64,000 nt of DNA from Escherichia coli 042 (GTDB taxonomy: Bacteria; Pseudomonadota; Gammaproteobacteria; Enterobacterales; Enterobacteriaceae): the NCBI RefSeq assembly GCF_000027125.1, contig NC_017626.1. The stretch is one strand, 5' to 3'. A program made the position numbers and the translations under genes. Below, piece after piece: positions 21,397 through 30,637 of the stretch (positions within the stretch are counted from its first letter, which is position 1; each line of letters starts with the position of its first letter). The notes beneath the pieces were generated by a model that was given only the letters and a program-made list of their open reading frames with translations, was not told the DNA's origin and ran no database searches.

Positions 21397-23802
21397 ATGT
21401 CCTTAAAAGGTCTTCGCTTTACGCTGGAGGTTGACGGCCAGGAGCCGGACACCTTTGCAGTGGTGAATTTCAGGTTAATCCAGAACCAGTCATATCCGTT
21501 TGTGATGAGTGTGGATGTTGCCAGCGACTCTTTTATGCAGACGGCGGAGATGCTGCTGGAGAAGAAGGCGACACTGACCATCTGGCAGGGCGCAGTGGCG
21601 CAGCGTTATGTCACCGGCGTGGTGGCGGGTTTTGGCATGCAGGAGAATAACGGCTGGCAGATGCGTTATCACCTGCGTATTGAGCCGCCGTTATGGCGGT
21701 GCGGGCTGCGGCAGAACTTTCGTATCTTCCAGCAGCAGGATATCCGGACGATATCGGCCACGTTACTGAACGAGAACGGCGTCACGGAGTGGACGCCGCT
21801 GTTTTATGAGGACCATCCGGCGCGGGAGTTCTGTGTCCAGTACGGGGAGTCGGACCTGGCGTTTCTGTCCCGGCTGTGGGCGGAGGAGGGTCTTTTCTTC
21901 TTTGAGCGGTTTGCGGCGGACAGTCCGGAGCAGAAGCTGACGCTGTGCGACGATGTGGCGGGGCTGTCACAGGCGGGGGAGTTTCCGTTTAACCCGGACA
22001 CATCGGCAGGTGCGGAGACGGAGTGTGTCAGTATGTTCCGTTATGAGGCGCATGTCCGCCCGTCATCGGTGCAGAGCCAGGATTACACCTTTAAGGTGCC
22101 GGACTGGCCGGGGATGTATGAGCAGCAGGGTGAGAACCTGAACGGACAGCTGGAGCAGTATGAGATATTTGATTATCCGGGAAGGTACAAGGATGAACAG
22201 CACGGCAAGGATTTCACGCTGTACCAGATGGAGAGCCTGCGCAGTGATGCGGAAAAGGCCACAGGGCAGAGTAATTCGCCGAAGCTGTGGCCGGGAACGC
22301 GGTTTATGCTGACGGGGCATCCGCAGAAGATGCTGAACCGTGAATGGCAGGTGGTACAGAGCATACTGTCAGGAAACCAGCCGCAGGCGCTGCACGGCAG
22401 CCAGGGAAAGGGAACCACGCTGGGCAATCAGTTAGAGGTGATACCGGCGGACCGGACGTGGCGTCCACGGCTGCAAAACAAACCGAAGGTGGACGGGCCA
22501 CAGAGCGCCATCGTCACCGGTCCTGCGGGAGAGGAAATCTTCTGCGATGAACATGGACGGGTACGGGTGAAGTTCCACTGGGACCGTTATCACGGGATGA
22601 CGGAGGCGAGTTCATGCTGGGTGCGGGTATCGCAGGCGTGGGCGGGGCCGGGGTTCGGTAACCTGGCGATACCACGGGTGGGTCAGGAGGTGATAGTGGA
22701 CTTCCTGAACGGCGACCCGGACCAGCCGATAATCATGGGGCGGACGTACCATGAGGACAACCGTTCGCCGGGCGACCTGCCGGGAACGAAGACGCAGATG
22801 ACCATCCGGTCAAAAACCTATAAAGGAAGCGGATTTAACGAGCTGCGGTTTGAAGACGCCACCAGTAATGAGCAGGTGTATATCCATGCCCAGAAGAACA
22901 TGGATACGGAGGTGCTCAACGACCGGACAACGGATGTGAAACATGACCATACGGAAACCATCGGGAACGACCAGAAGATAACGGTGGTGAAGGGGCAGAC
23001 GGTTCAGGTCGGGACCAGAAAAGAAGGGGGCCACGACCAGAGTATCACGGTGGCGAACGACCGGTGCATCACGGTACGTAATGACCAGACGCTGCAGGTG
23101 ACGAATGACCGGACGGTGAGCGTGAGTAATGATGACGGCCTGTACGTCAGAAATGACCGTAAAGTGACGGTGGAAGGGAAGCAGGAGCATAAGACGACGG
23201 GGAACCATATCAGTCTGGTGGAGGGAAAGCACAGCCTGGTGGTGAAGGGGGACCTGGCGAGGAAGGTGAGTGGCGCGCTGGGGATAAAGGTGGACGGGGA
23301 TATCGTGCTGGAGAGCAGCAGCCGGATAAGCCTGAAGGTGAGTGGCTCGTTTGTGGTCATCCATTCAGGGGGCGTGGACATCGTCGGGCCGAAAATCAAT
23401 CTCAATAGCGGCGGTAGTCCGGGGACGCCGGTGCCGGCGCTGCAACCGGCGGTGCTGAAGACACTGGGGGATGAGAAGAGTGGTGATGGCAGTGATTCCG
23501 GAGAAGAAAATGAAGACTCTGGAGGGAACTGCGTGACCGGAAGTGGTGGTGATGATCGAGGTGACGATGAGGATGAACCTGAAAAATATACTCTCCAGTT
23601 CCATTTTACAGACGATGACGGGATACCGTATTCAGAAACCCGCTACATTGCCTTCTTTGAGGATGGCACGCAGACCCGCGGAGAAACGGATGAAGAGGGG
23701 TATACAGAGCGTTTTTTTGTATCTAGCAAACATGAAATTAAAGTGAAGTTGTTATTTGCGAATGATGATTTTCTCTCAATGGAAGGACACTATGGACGAT
23801 AA
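21397..23802 (+). CDS. vgrG: Type VI secretion spike protein VgrG with acidic linker and C-terminal extension domain
   Basis: 801 aa; N-terminus MSLKGLRFTLEVDGQEPDTFAVVNFRL…IWQG…RIFQ matches VgrG gp27/gp5 core; C-terminal repeat-rich beta-helix; Gly/Asp/Glu-rich linker then ~70 aa terminal domain. Confidence 0.85.
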   Translation: MSLKGLRFTLEVDGQEPDTFAVVNFRLIQNQSYPFVMSVDVASDSFMQTAEMLLEKKATLTIWQGAVAQRYVTGVVAGFGMQENNGWQMRYHLRIEPPLWRCGLRQNFRIFQQQDIRTISATLLNENGVTEWTPLFYEDHPAREFCVQYGESDLAFLSRLWAEEGLFFFERFAADSPEQKLTLCDDVAGLSQAGEFPFNPDTSAGAETECVSMFRYEAHVRPSSVQSQDYTFKVPDWPGMYEQQGENLNGQLEQYEIFDYPGRYKDEQHGKDFTLYQMESLRSDAEKATGQSNSPKLWPGTRFMLTGHPQKMLNREWQVVQSILSGNQPQALHGSQGKGTTLGNQLEVIPADRTWRPRLQNKPKVDGPQSAIVTGPAGEEIFCDEHGRVRVKFHWDRYHGMTEASSCWVRVSQAWAGPGFGNLAIPRVGQEVIVDFLNGDPDQPIIMGRTYHEDNRSPGDLPGTKTQMTIRSKTYKGSGFNELRFEDATSNEQVYIHAQKNMDTEVLNDRTTDVKHDHTETIGNDQKITVVKGQTVQVGTRKEGGHDQSITVANDRCITVRNDQTLQVTNDRTVSVSNDDGLYVRNDRKVTVEGKQEHKTTGNHISLVEGKHSLVVKGDLARKVSGALGIKVDGDIVLESSSRISLKVSGSFVVIHSGGVDIVGPKINLNSGGSPGTPVPALQPAVLKTLGDEKSGDGSDSGEENEDSGGNCVTGSGGDDRGDDEDEPEKYTLQFHFTDDDGIPYSETRYIAFFEDGTQTRGETDEEGYTERFFVSSKHEIKVKLLFANDDFLSMEGHYGR

Positions 23803-24583
23803 TAATCAAACTTCTGGACAACCAAAGCCAGAGCCAGAAGAATGTGTGAAAGAGCAAAAAATAACTGATCATTTTAAAATAATGATTGATAAGGCTCGTA
23901 AGGCACAAAAGTTGGTTTTGATAAAAAGAGCAGATGATCTTTTGAGATGGGGAGCACAGGAGGAATATGATTTCAGTAAGATCTTTGGTGTTAAAGGAAA
24001 TAAGGAGGTTAATATAAGAAAATATGGACATAATACAGGTAGGCGCATGAATGCTAGATTTCTTATGATGGATGGTGTGAGAAGATTAATGATTATAGCT
24101 AATGATTTAACAATGAGCAGTTTTATAAATTATACAGGTTGTAATGAATTTGCAGCATTCGTCAGCCCAAGTAAGGATATGCCCTATATAATTAACATAG
24201 GCGCAAAATTTGAGTATAGAGATGGCAAAAAAAATCCAGTAACGGGAAAGGATTCTCATGTTGCTACTTTATGTCATGAAATGTCTCATATTCAGTGGTA
24301 TTATGGGGATAATAAAAAAGGTGGTATGTGGTCACAGGATTATACAACTACTGATAAATATTCAACGTGCAAAGAGGATGAAGTTTCATATGACGAACAT
24401 ATCCGTATTGCAACTAAACTGATCTCTAAACAAAAAGATCAAATATTCGAGAATGCATATAACATAGAAAGATATTTTGAAATAAGATTAATTGAAAGTG
24501 AGATAGACTCGATTAATGATGAAATATTAAGCAATTCAGTTAAGAAAAAAATAGCGGAATTAGAAAAAGCACTTCTCCATTAA
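23792..24583 (+). CDS. Candidate T6SS cargo effector with HExxH zinc-metallopeptidase-like motif
   Basis: 264 aa from ATG at 23792, overlapping the vgrG stop by 11 nt; GGAAGGA RBS; HEMSH at 24275-24289; ~30% GC by eye; no family recognised. Confidence 0.5.
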   Translation: MDDNNQTSGQPKPEPEECVKEQKITDHFKIMIDKARKAQKLVLIKRADDLLRWGAQEEYDFSKIFGVKGNKEVNIRKYGHNTGRRMNARFLMMDGVRRLMIIANDLTMSSFINYTGCNEFAAFVSPSKDMPYIINIGAKFEYRDGKKNPVTGKDSHVATLCHEMSHIQWYYGDNKKGGMWSQDYTTTDKYSTCKEDEVSYDEHIRIATKLISKQKDQIFENAYNIERYFEIRLIESEIDSINDEILSNSVKKKIAELEKALLH

Positions 24584-24606
24584 CTAATAAGTCGAGAAAT
24601 ATATTA

Positions 24607-25428
24607 ATGCTGCAAGCTATAAAAAAAATCATAATAATGACAATCGTAAATATTATATTTTTCTATTCCTTTCAATCGACTGCGGATGAAATGGTTTTAA
24701 TAAAAAAATACGGGTTTGGGCTTGAGAGAGATATCAAAGGAAGGCCATTAATTTATCCTATCGAAAATTATGATGAGTGTAAGAAAAAATGCAATCATAT
24801 GAATTATATAGCGGATGTCAATGCTCAATTAGCTATGAGTAAAAAAAATAACAGGATTTTTGCTAACATAACCTTTACTAACAATAGCTCTACCACGTAT
24901 TTTTTTTCTAAATATTACCTACCTATGAAAGTAAAAGATGGAAAAGGAGATGAATATGATGCGATATGCAAAAAACCATTCAGAATCAACTCTGGGAATA
25001 TCACGTTGGACTACTTAGGTGGTTCATGTCCTTTTGAAATTAATACGAATCCTGAACGGTGGAATACTATTAAACCAGGTCGTAGTTTTTTGTTGAGTAT
25101 AACCTTAAATGATATGTATGCCTTTATACCAGGAGATAATTATTATTTTATAAAATCATCTGGCTATAAATTTGTTAATGACAAGTGGTTTACACTCAAA
25201 TCAATCAATAATATTTTTCTTTATTTTTTAAATTTAAAAATTAATTGTGCTGATGATTTTTTTGATATTAATAATTTTACTACATGTGATAATTTGTTAT
25301 TAGATGAAAAAAAACACTTTTTTATTAATCAGTTATGGGCAATTGAGGATGAAAAAAATTCTATTTACGTCACCCCTGATGAAATTTCTATAAGTATAGA
25401 CGGCGATAACTTAAAGTTGCCATATTAG
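24607..25428 (+). CDS. Candidate cognate immunity protein (periplasmic, signal-peptide-bearing)
   Basis: 273 aa, AT-rich; N-terminal hydrophobic segment IIIMTIVNIIFFYSFQSTA; several Cys; directly downstream of the effector candidate. Confidence 0.45.
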   Translation: MLQAIKKIIIMTIVNIIFFYSFQSTADEMVLIKKYGFGLERDIKGRPLIYPIENYDECKKKCNHMNYIADVNAQLAMSKKNNRIFANITFTNNSSTTYFFSKYYLPMKVKDGKGDEYDAICKKPFRINSGNITLDYLGGSCPFEINTNPERWNTIKPGRSFLLSITLNDMYAFIPGDNYYFIKSSGYKFVNDKWFTLKSINNIFLYFLNLKINCADDFFDINNFTTCDNLLLDEKKHFFINQLWAIEDEKNSIYVTPDEISISIDGDNLKLPY

Positions 25429-25447
25429 GAATCTGTGAAAGAACAAG

Positions 25448-25936
25448 GTGCGCCGCTTTTTTGTACTAAATAATTCGCATTTTAGTCACGGCAGAGAAGA
25501 AATCCATCTTCATATTGTTTGCGATGTCCCTGATGAACTTATTGATTTCACGTTTGAATGGAAAGGTCAGAAGAAATTATGCGTGGCAGTCTCCTTTTGG
25601 TCAATAATAGCAGAACAAAAGAAAGAGCCAGAAATGACGGTCAGATATTATATCAGTTCTGCTGATTTAACCGCAAAAAAGTTCGCCACAGCGATACGAA
25701 ATCACTGGCACGTGGAGAATAAGCTGCACTGGCGTCTGGACGTGGTAATGAACGAAGACGACTGCAAAATAAGAAGAGGAAACGCCGCAGAATTATTTTC
25801 AGGGATACGGCACATCGCTATTAATATTTTAACGAATGATAAGGTATTCAAGGCAGGGTTAAGACGCAAGATGCGAAAAGCAGCTATGGACAGAGACTAC
25901 CTCGCGTCAGTCCTTGCGGGGAGCGGGCTTTCGTAA
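25448..25936 (+). pseudogene. ISAs1-family (H-repeat-associated) transposase, C-terminal fragment
   Basis: C-terminal ~140 aa resemble H-repeat-associated proteins ([30 protein letters not shown]…); N-terminal two-thirds absent. Confidence 0.7.
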
Positions 25937-26044
25937 TCTTGCCCTGGCGATCGAATAGCGCAGATGACGGTGCTCTAAATTTGAATCTAATAAGCCGGTG
26001 TTATTTTTCATCCACTATTAAAATCTTGACACAACGAGGCAACA

Positions 26045-26605
26045 ATGAAAAAAAGCAAAAAAATTAAAACAATGAACCATCAAAATAATAGCGGGATACA
26101 AAATCAACCAGACTATCACATCGAAATAGAAAGAAAAAATATGGTAAGATTGCTTGATGAACGTATTGATAAAGTTTACGGTTCATTGCTAGGACCAATG
26201 AAAAAGAAAAATATAGATAAAATACGTCATTTTACACTTGATGTAATGGTGTTTATTCTTGACACGAACCCTCGTGTTTGTAATAAATTATCCAGGGAAA
26301 TAATATCTTTAGCGCAAAATACCTTCATTGAAAAAAACGTTAATTTTTCAACTTTTAATAATGAACAGCATAGAATAAGGGAGTATATGAATGAAGGTGG
26401 TGGAATACGATGGTTTACATGGGATAACCCCGAGATATCTTTTGTTCGTGCATCTTTTGGCCTTTTTGTCAAAATGGAAACAAAAGGTGATCATGAACAT
26501 ACACTAAGTGACACATTTCTTCAGATTGTTGAGTGTGTTAATTTAAATATAGGACTTATTGCAAAAGATGAACTGGTAAAAATCATCAATAAACACTTTA
26601 TGTAA
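26045..26605 (+). CDS. Hypothetical protein (AT-rich accessory ORF, no recognisable domain)
   Basis: 186 aa ORF with GAGG RBS; low GC; no TM segments. Confidence 0.4.
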   Translation: MKKSKKIKTMNHQNNSGIQNQPDYHIEIERKNMVRLLDERIDKVYGSLLGPMKKKNIDKIRHFTLDVMVFILDTNPRVCNKLSREIISLAQNTFIEKNVNFSTFNNEQHRIREYMNEGGGIRWFTWDNPEISFVRASFGLFVKMETKGDHEHTLSDTFLQIVECVNLNIGLIAKDELVKIINKHFM

Positions 26606-26964
26606 AAATATACTTCTGTATGAAGTTATAATAATACAGTGAAAATCATCAAATTATTAATTAATGATGCTCTTTGTTATTATTTACTTTTTACAATTGA
26701 ATCAGGGGTTTTATTTTCTGTAGTAAAGTTGTATTTTTGCTAAAGGTGATAAAGTACAGGTGTTTATATTAAATTAGAACTCCCCTTAATTATCATAAAT
26801 ACAAAGAGGTGAAAACATGCGGGGGTGTTTTCGTTAAATAATACCATGGTGAATTAATAACATGCTATCAGTGATATACATATTTTCTCTAACAAAGTTT
26901 TAGTAAAATTACGCGTAGTAAGAAGATTCCGCCAAAGATTCCATATAATAATATTAAGGTTGTT

Positions 26965-27600
26965 ATGAATAAAGGTAATAGATTACAACAGTTAGAAGAT
27001 GCGTGTCGTGATATTATTAAAATTAACATGTGGTATGAACTCCCCGATTATGTATTTTTTTCAATATCTGACACCATCGATGGGACGAGTGATGAATTCG
27101 CAATAAATGTGTATAAAAATATCGATAAAAGTCTTCTTGAAATATTATTGCATCCATCTGTTTTACTGTCAGTTGTTGAGTCCTTACAAAGTAATACTAT
27201 AGCTGAGTATATCGTGAAATTGTCTGAAATAGAGATGAATTATGACGACTTGCTAATATCGGATGTTAAATCATGTCTTTTTATCAACTATGGATTCAAT
27301 AACAGTGAATCGGTTGCGCTATTTAATAAGATTTACCGCGAATTAAAAGATATTGTAAAATCATCAAGAGTACATATAGATCATGAGAAAGATATTTTTG
27401 ATGGCCTTAATCAAATCTTGGCTTTTTCCGATAATAATAAACATGAGTATTTTTTATATATAAAGGCATATTGGCTCAGTTTATACTTTTGTGAAATTTC
27501 ACAGAACGTGAGAGAAAGAGATAAGTTGTCATTTTATTATAATGAATTTTCTGTCCGATTTCCTAATGTTGTCCTATATCCGTCATGCTACAAATTGTAA
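26965..27600 (+). CDS. Hypothetical protein (AT-rich accessory ORF, no recognisable domain)
   Basis: 211 aa ORF with AAGG RBS; low GC. Confidence 0.4.
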   Translation: MNKGNRLQQLEDACRDIIKINMWYELPDYVFFSISDTIDGTSDEFAINVYKNIDKSLLEILLHPSVLLSVVESLQSNTIAEYIVKLSEIEMNYDDLLISDVKSCLFINYGFNNSESVALFNKIYRELKDIVKSSRVHIDHEKDIFDGLNQILAFSDNNKHEYFLYIKAYWLSLYFCEISQNVRERDKLSFYYNEFSVRFPNVVLYPSCYKL

Positions 27601-27725
27601 GGCTTGGCACCTGAAATTCATTGTTAATTCGAGACGCTTGATTGTCCACTATATCAAAACAGTCATACCTCGGAATTTTCTCGCATTAGTCCATACGGTA
27701 TTCAATATTCGCAACTGTGCCCTGA

Positions 27726-27926
27726 AATAAAAAACTGCAAAACTGCTTTTTCTTGACCTGTCCCAATCACGCAAGACTACTTTTAGTAGAGACCTCCAGC
27801 TATGTCGATTTTAGTGCCGCCCGCGCATTTTATACAAAACAGGGCTTTATTAATGAAGCTATAATACGCAATTACTATGATGTTGGTGAGGATAAATTAA
27901 TCTTCACTAAAAATATGCAATCGTGA
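27726..27926 (+). pseudogene. GNAT acetyltransferase C-terminal remnant
   Basis: Manual translation …DFSAARAFYTKQGFINEAIIRNYYDVGEDKLIFTKNMQS*; in-frame stop just upstream, no plausible start. Confidence 0.35.
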
Positions 27927-27992
27927 GATAAAATATGCTTTTAACTCATATTGAAACATTGCTTAAGCAACTTGGTTGCTGCATATGATTCT

Positions 27993-28562
27993 TTAGCCCG
28001 CGGTGACTCGCTTGCCGCTGGTAACAAACGTGCCAGCACCTAAGTGATGTAGTGTATTGAGTTTATCATCATCAAACTGCCAGCGGCCTTCGACAAATAC
28101 CCGTGCGTCTGCCGCTGCTGATACCACCTCGCCAAACAGCGTGTCGTATTTTTCTTGCGCGGAAGTCGCAGGTAGCAAGCGGCACTCCATCCACGCCAGA
28201 CATTTTTCCTCGACCAGAGGCAAACCAAGTACCGGACCTTTCACTACTGGAATGCCGTAGCAATTAAATTTATCTTCTTCACGACCCGACACACTTCCCA
28301 CCGCCCACGTCCAGTTAGTTGCTGCAACGCCCGGGATAACGATGCCAAATTTACCGTTACGTTCAATCAACTCCCTGGTCCATGTCGATTTATCTACCAC
28401 GATCGCAACACGTGGCGGTTCAAACTCTACCGGCATCGACCAGGCCGCAGCCATCACATTACGTCGCTGTGATTTTTCATCAAAAGTTGTTATCAAAATA
28501 GTTGGGCCATGATTTAACAGACGGCTGGCATGGTGTAATTCGACAGGGATGAATCGGCTCAC
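27993..28562 (-). CDS. yddH: Flavin reductase-like protein
   Basis: 189 aa, flavin reductase-like fold; GTG start. Confidence 0.85.
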   Translation of the reverse strand: MSRFIPVELHHASRLLNHGPTILITTFDEKSQRRNVMAAAWSMPVEFEPPRVAIVVDKSTWTRELIERNGKFGIVIPGVAATNWTWAVGSVSGREEDKFNCYGIPVVKGPVLGLPLVEEKCLAWMECRLLPATSAQEKYDTLFGEVVSAAADARVFVEGRWQFDDDKLNTLHHLGAGTFVTSGKRVTAG

Positions 28563-28736
28563 GGTATCGCCTCGCTAAGAAGGGGGTTTTAAAAGCGTAG
28601 CTCGTAACGCTATAAGTAACGAAATTAACGGGATTGGCGATTTGCGAACGTGATGCATGTCCGCGATCGCACAAAATAGCCGGTGCGGCGTCTATTCCAG
28701 GTTATAAGTTGAGAAAACCACTAAGGGAAACGCCTG

Positions 28737-29582
28737 ATGACGCCCATTCTGAATCATTATTTTGCCCGTATTAACTGGTCGGGAGCTGCTGCGGTCAATA
28801 TTGATACGCTGCGTGCATTGCACCTGAAACACAATTGCACCATTCCATTCGAAAACCTCGACGTTTTGCTGCCAAGGGAAATACAGCTTGATGATCAATC
28901 GCTGGAAGAGAAACTGGTGACAGCCCGTCGTGGTGGTTACTGTTTTGAGCAGAATGGCGTGTTTGAGCGGGTGTTACGCGAGCTGGGGTTTAACGTTCGC
29001 AGCTTGTTAGGGCGCGTAGTGTTATCAAATCCGCCAGCATTACCGCCGCGCACCCATCGTTTGTTGTTGGTGGAACTGGAAGGGGAAAAATGGATTGCTG
29101 ATGTCGGTTTCGGTGGACAGACGCTAACCGCGCCGATTCGTTTAGTTCCCGATCTCGTGCAGATCACGCCACACGGAGAGTATCGGTTGTTACAGGAGGG
29201 TGATGATTGGGTGTTGCAGTTTAATCATCATCAGCACTGGCAGTCGATGTACCGTTTTGATCTCTGCGAGCAGCAACAAAGCGATTATGTAATGGGCAAT
29301 TTCTGGTCTGCGCACTGGCCGCAGTCGCATTTTCGCCATCATTTGCTGATGTGCCGCCATTTGCCGGACGGCGGCAAGCTGACACTGACCAATTTTCATT
29401 TTACCCATTATGAAAATGGGCACGCGGTGGAGCAGCGAAATCTACCAGATGTGGCGTCGTTATATGCCGTGATGCAGGAACAGTTTGGTCTGGGCGTAGA
29501 TGATGCGAAACATGGCTTTACTGTGGATGAGTTAGCGATGGTGATGGCGGCGTTTGATACGCACCCGGAGGCGGGAAAATAA
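28737..29582 (+). CDS. nhoA: Arylamine N-acetyltransferase (N-hydroxyarylamine O-acetyltransferase)
   Basis: 281 aa NAT family with catalytic Cys in RRGGYCFEQN. Confidence 0.9.
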   Translation: MTPILNHYFARINWSGAAAVNIDTLRALHLKHNCTIPFENLDVLLPREIQLDDQSLEEKLVTARRGGYCFEQNGVFERVLRELGFNVRSLLGRVVLSNPPALPPRTHRLLLVELEGEKWIADVGFGGQTLTAPIRLVPDLVQITPHGEYRLLQEGDDWVLQFNHHQHWQSMYRFDLCEQQQSDYVMGNFWSAHWPQSHFRHHLLMCRHLPDGGKLTLTNFHFTHYENGHAVEQRNLPDVASLYAVMQEQFGLGVDDAKHGFTVDELAMVMAAFDTHPEAGK

Positions 29583-29585
29583 TTT

Positions 29586-29660
29586 ATGTCAGGTTGCCGG
29601 ATGCGGCGTAAACGCCTTATCCGGCATACATAGACCTGATAAGCGAAGCGCATCAGGCAA
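29586..29660. repeat. REP (repetitive extragenic palindrome) units between nhoA and yddE
   Basis: GCCGGATGCGGCGTAAACGCCTTATCCGGC … GCGCATCAGGC palindromic units. Confidence 0.7.
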
Positions 29661-29665
29661 CGGTT

Positions 29666-30559
29666 TCAGAATTCAATTGCCCATTCGGCATGAAACAAAA
29701 TCACCGCTGTGCCAGAAATGGTGACTTTCTCCGGTTGGTTATTGCGAATTGTCACCGTCACTTCAATCACGCCGTCACGCCCCAATGCGCGCCCCTGATG
29801 GCCTTTAACATGCAACACGTTGCCATCGTGGGGCAATACGTTGTGATGTACCAACCATGCACCCATCGGGCCATTGGCATTGCCAGTCACCGGATCTTCC
29901 ACAATACCAATCGCAGGCGAGAACATGCGACCATCGGTTTCATTTTTGCCTGGGCGGATCTGGAACGGGAAGAAACCATTGCAGCCAATCTGTTTGCTGA
30001 TAGCGGTCAGCGCAGCAAGATCAGGCGAAAGGGCGTCGATATCCACTTCTGGTTTCAGTGGGATCATCACTTTTGAGTGTCCTGTGGTTGCCACCTGAAT
30101 TGGCAAGCCTGACAAAATATCGTCCTCAGTGAGATGAAGCGCGTTGATAATCGCTGCACGTGTTTCACCTTCCAGCGGTGGCTCAAAGCCCGGCGTACCT
30201 TGTTCCAGCGAAATACGATAATCATCGTTGTGATTTTCGATAGTCACGCGATGTTTTCCTGACAGTGACGTTTGCCAGACCGTGCAATTTCCTAAACCTA
30301 ACACCTTCGCACGTACATAGTGCGCAGCTACTGTCGCGTGACCACAAATCGGCACTTCAACTGTTGGCGTAAAGTAGCGGATGCGCACATCGCTGTCGTC
30401 GCTGTGCAGCAGAAAAGCAGTTTCCGAATGACCTAATTCGCGGGCGATAAGCTGCATTTGCGCTTCACTGAGATTATCGGCGGGGAAAACAACACCGGCA
30501 GAATTGCCGCGAAACGGTTGTGAGGTAAAAGCATCGACGTGGTACACCTGCGGTTTCAT
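29666..30559 (-). CDS. yddE: PhzF-family isomerase
   Basis: 297 aa PhzF/DapF-like fold. Confidence 0.9.
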   Translation of the reverse strand: MKPQVYHVDAFTSQPFRGNSAGVVFPADNLSEAQMQLIARELGHSETAFLLHSDDSDVRIRYFTPTVEVPICGHATVAAHYVRAKVLGLGNCTVWQTSLSGKHRVTIENHNDDYRISLEQGTPGFEPPLEGETRAAIINALHLTEDDILSGLPIQVATTGHSKVMIPLKPEVDIDALSPDLAALTAISKQIGCNGFFPFQIRPGKNETDGRMFSPAIGIVEDPVTGNANGPMGAWLVHHNVLPHDGNVLHVKGHQGRALGRDGVIEVTVTIRNNQPEKVTISGTAVILFHAEWAIEF

Positions 30560-30637
30560 TAACGTTCTCCTGTGGCTGGAGAACTATCATAGCCTGCAAG
30601 TGGCCGGAGAGCGAAGGGCTATCCGGCCAGGGTGAAA

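Noticed and set aside
21782-23604. Numerous 60-180 aa ORFs on both strands within vgrG
   Set aside because: Overlap the VgrG coding frame; repeat-rich GC-rich sequence yields spurious open frames.
21397-23802. Possibility that the 801-aa protein is an Rhs/YD-repeat toxin (the K-12 locus here is rhsE)
   Set aside because: N-terminus matches the VgrG gp27-like core and the protein is too short for Rhs; no YD repeats or PxxxxDPxGL motif seen.
27600-27990. Looked for pptA (tautomerase) expected between ydcC and yddH
   Set aside because: No matching ORF; region contains only the GNAT C-terminal fragment.
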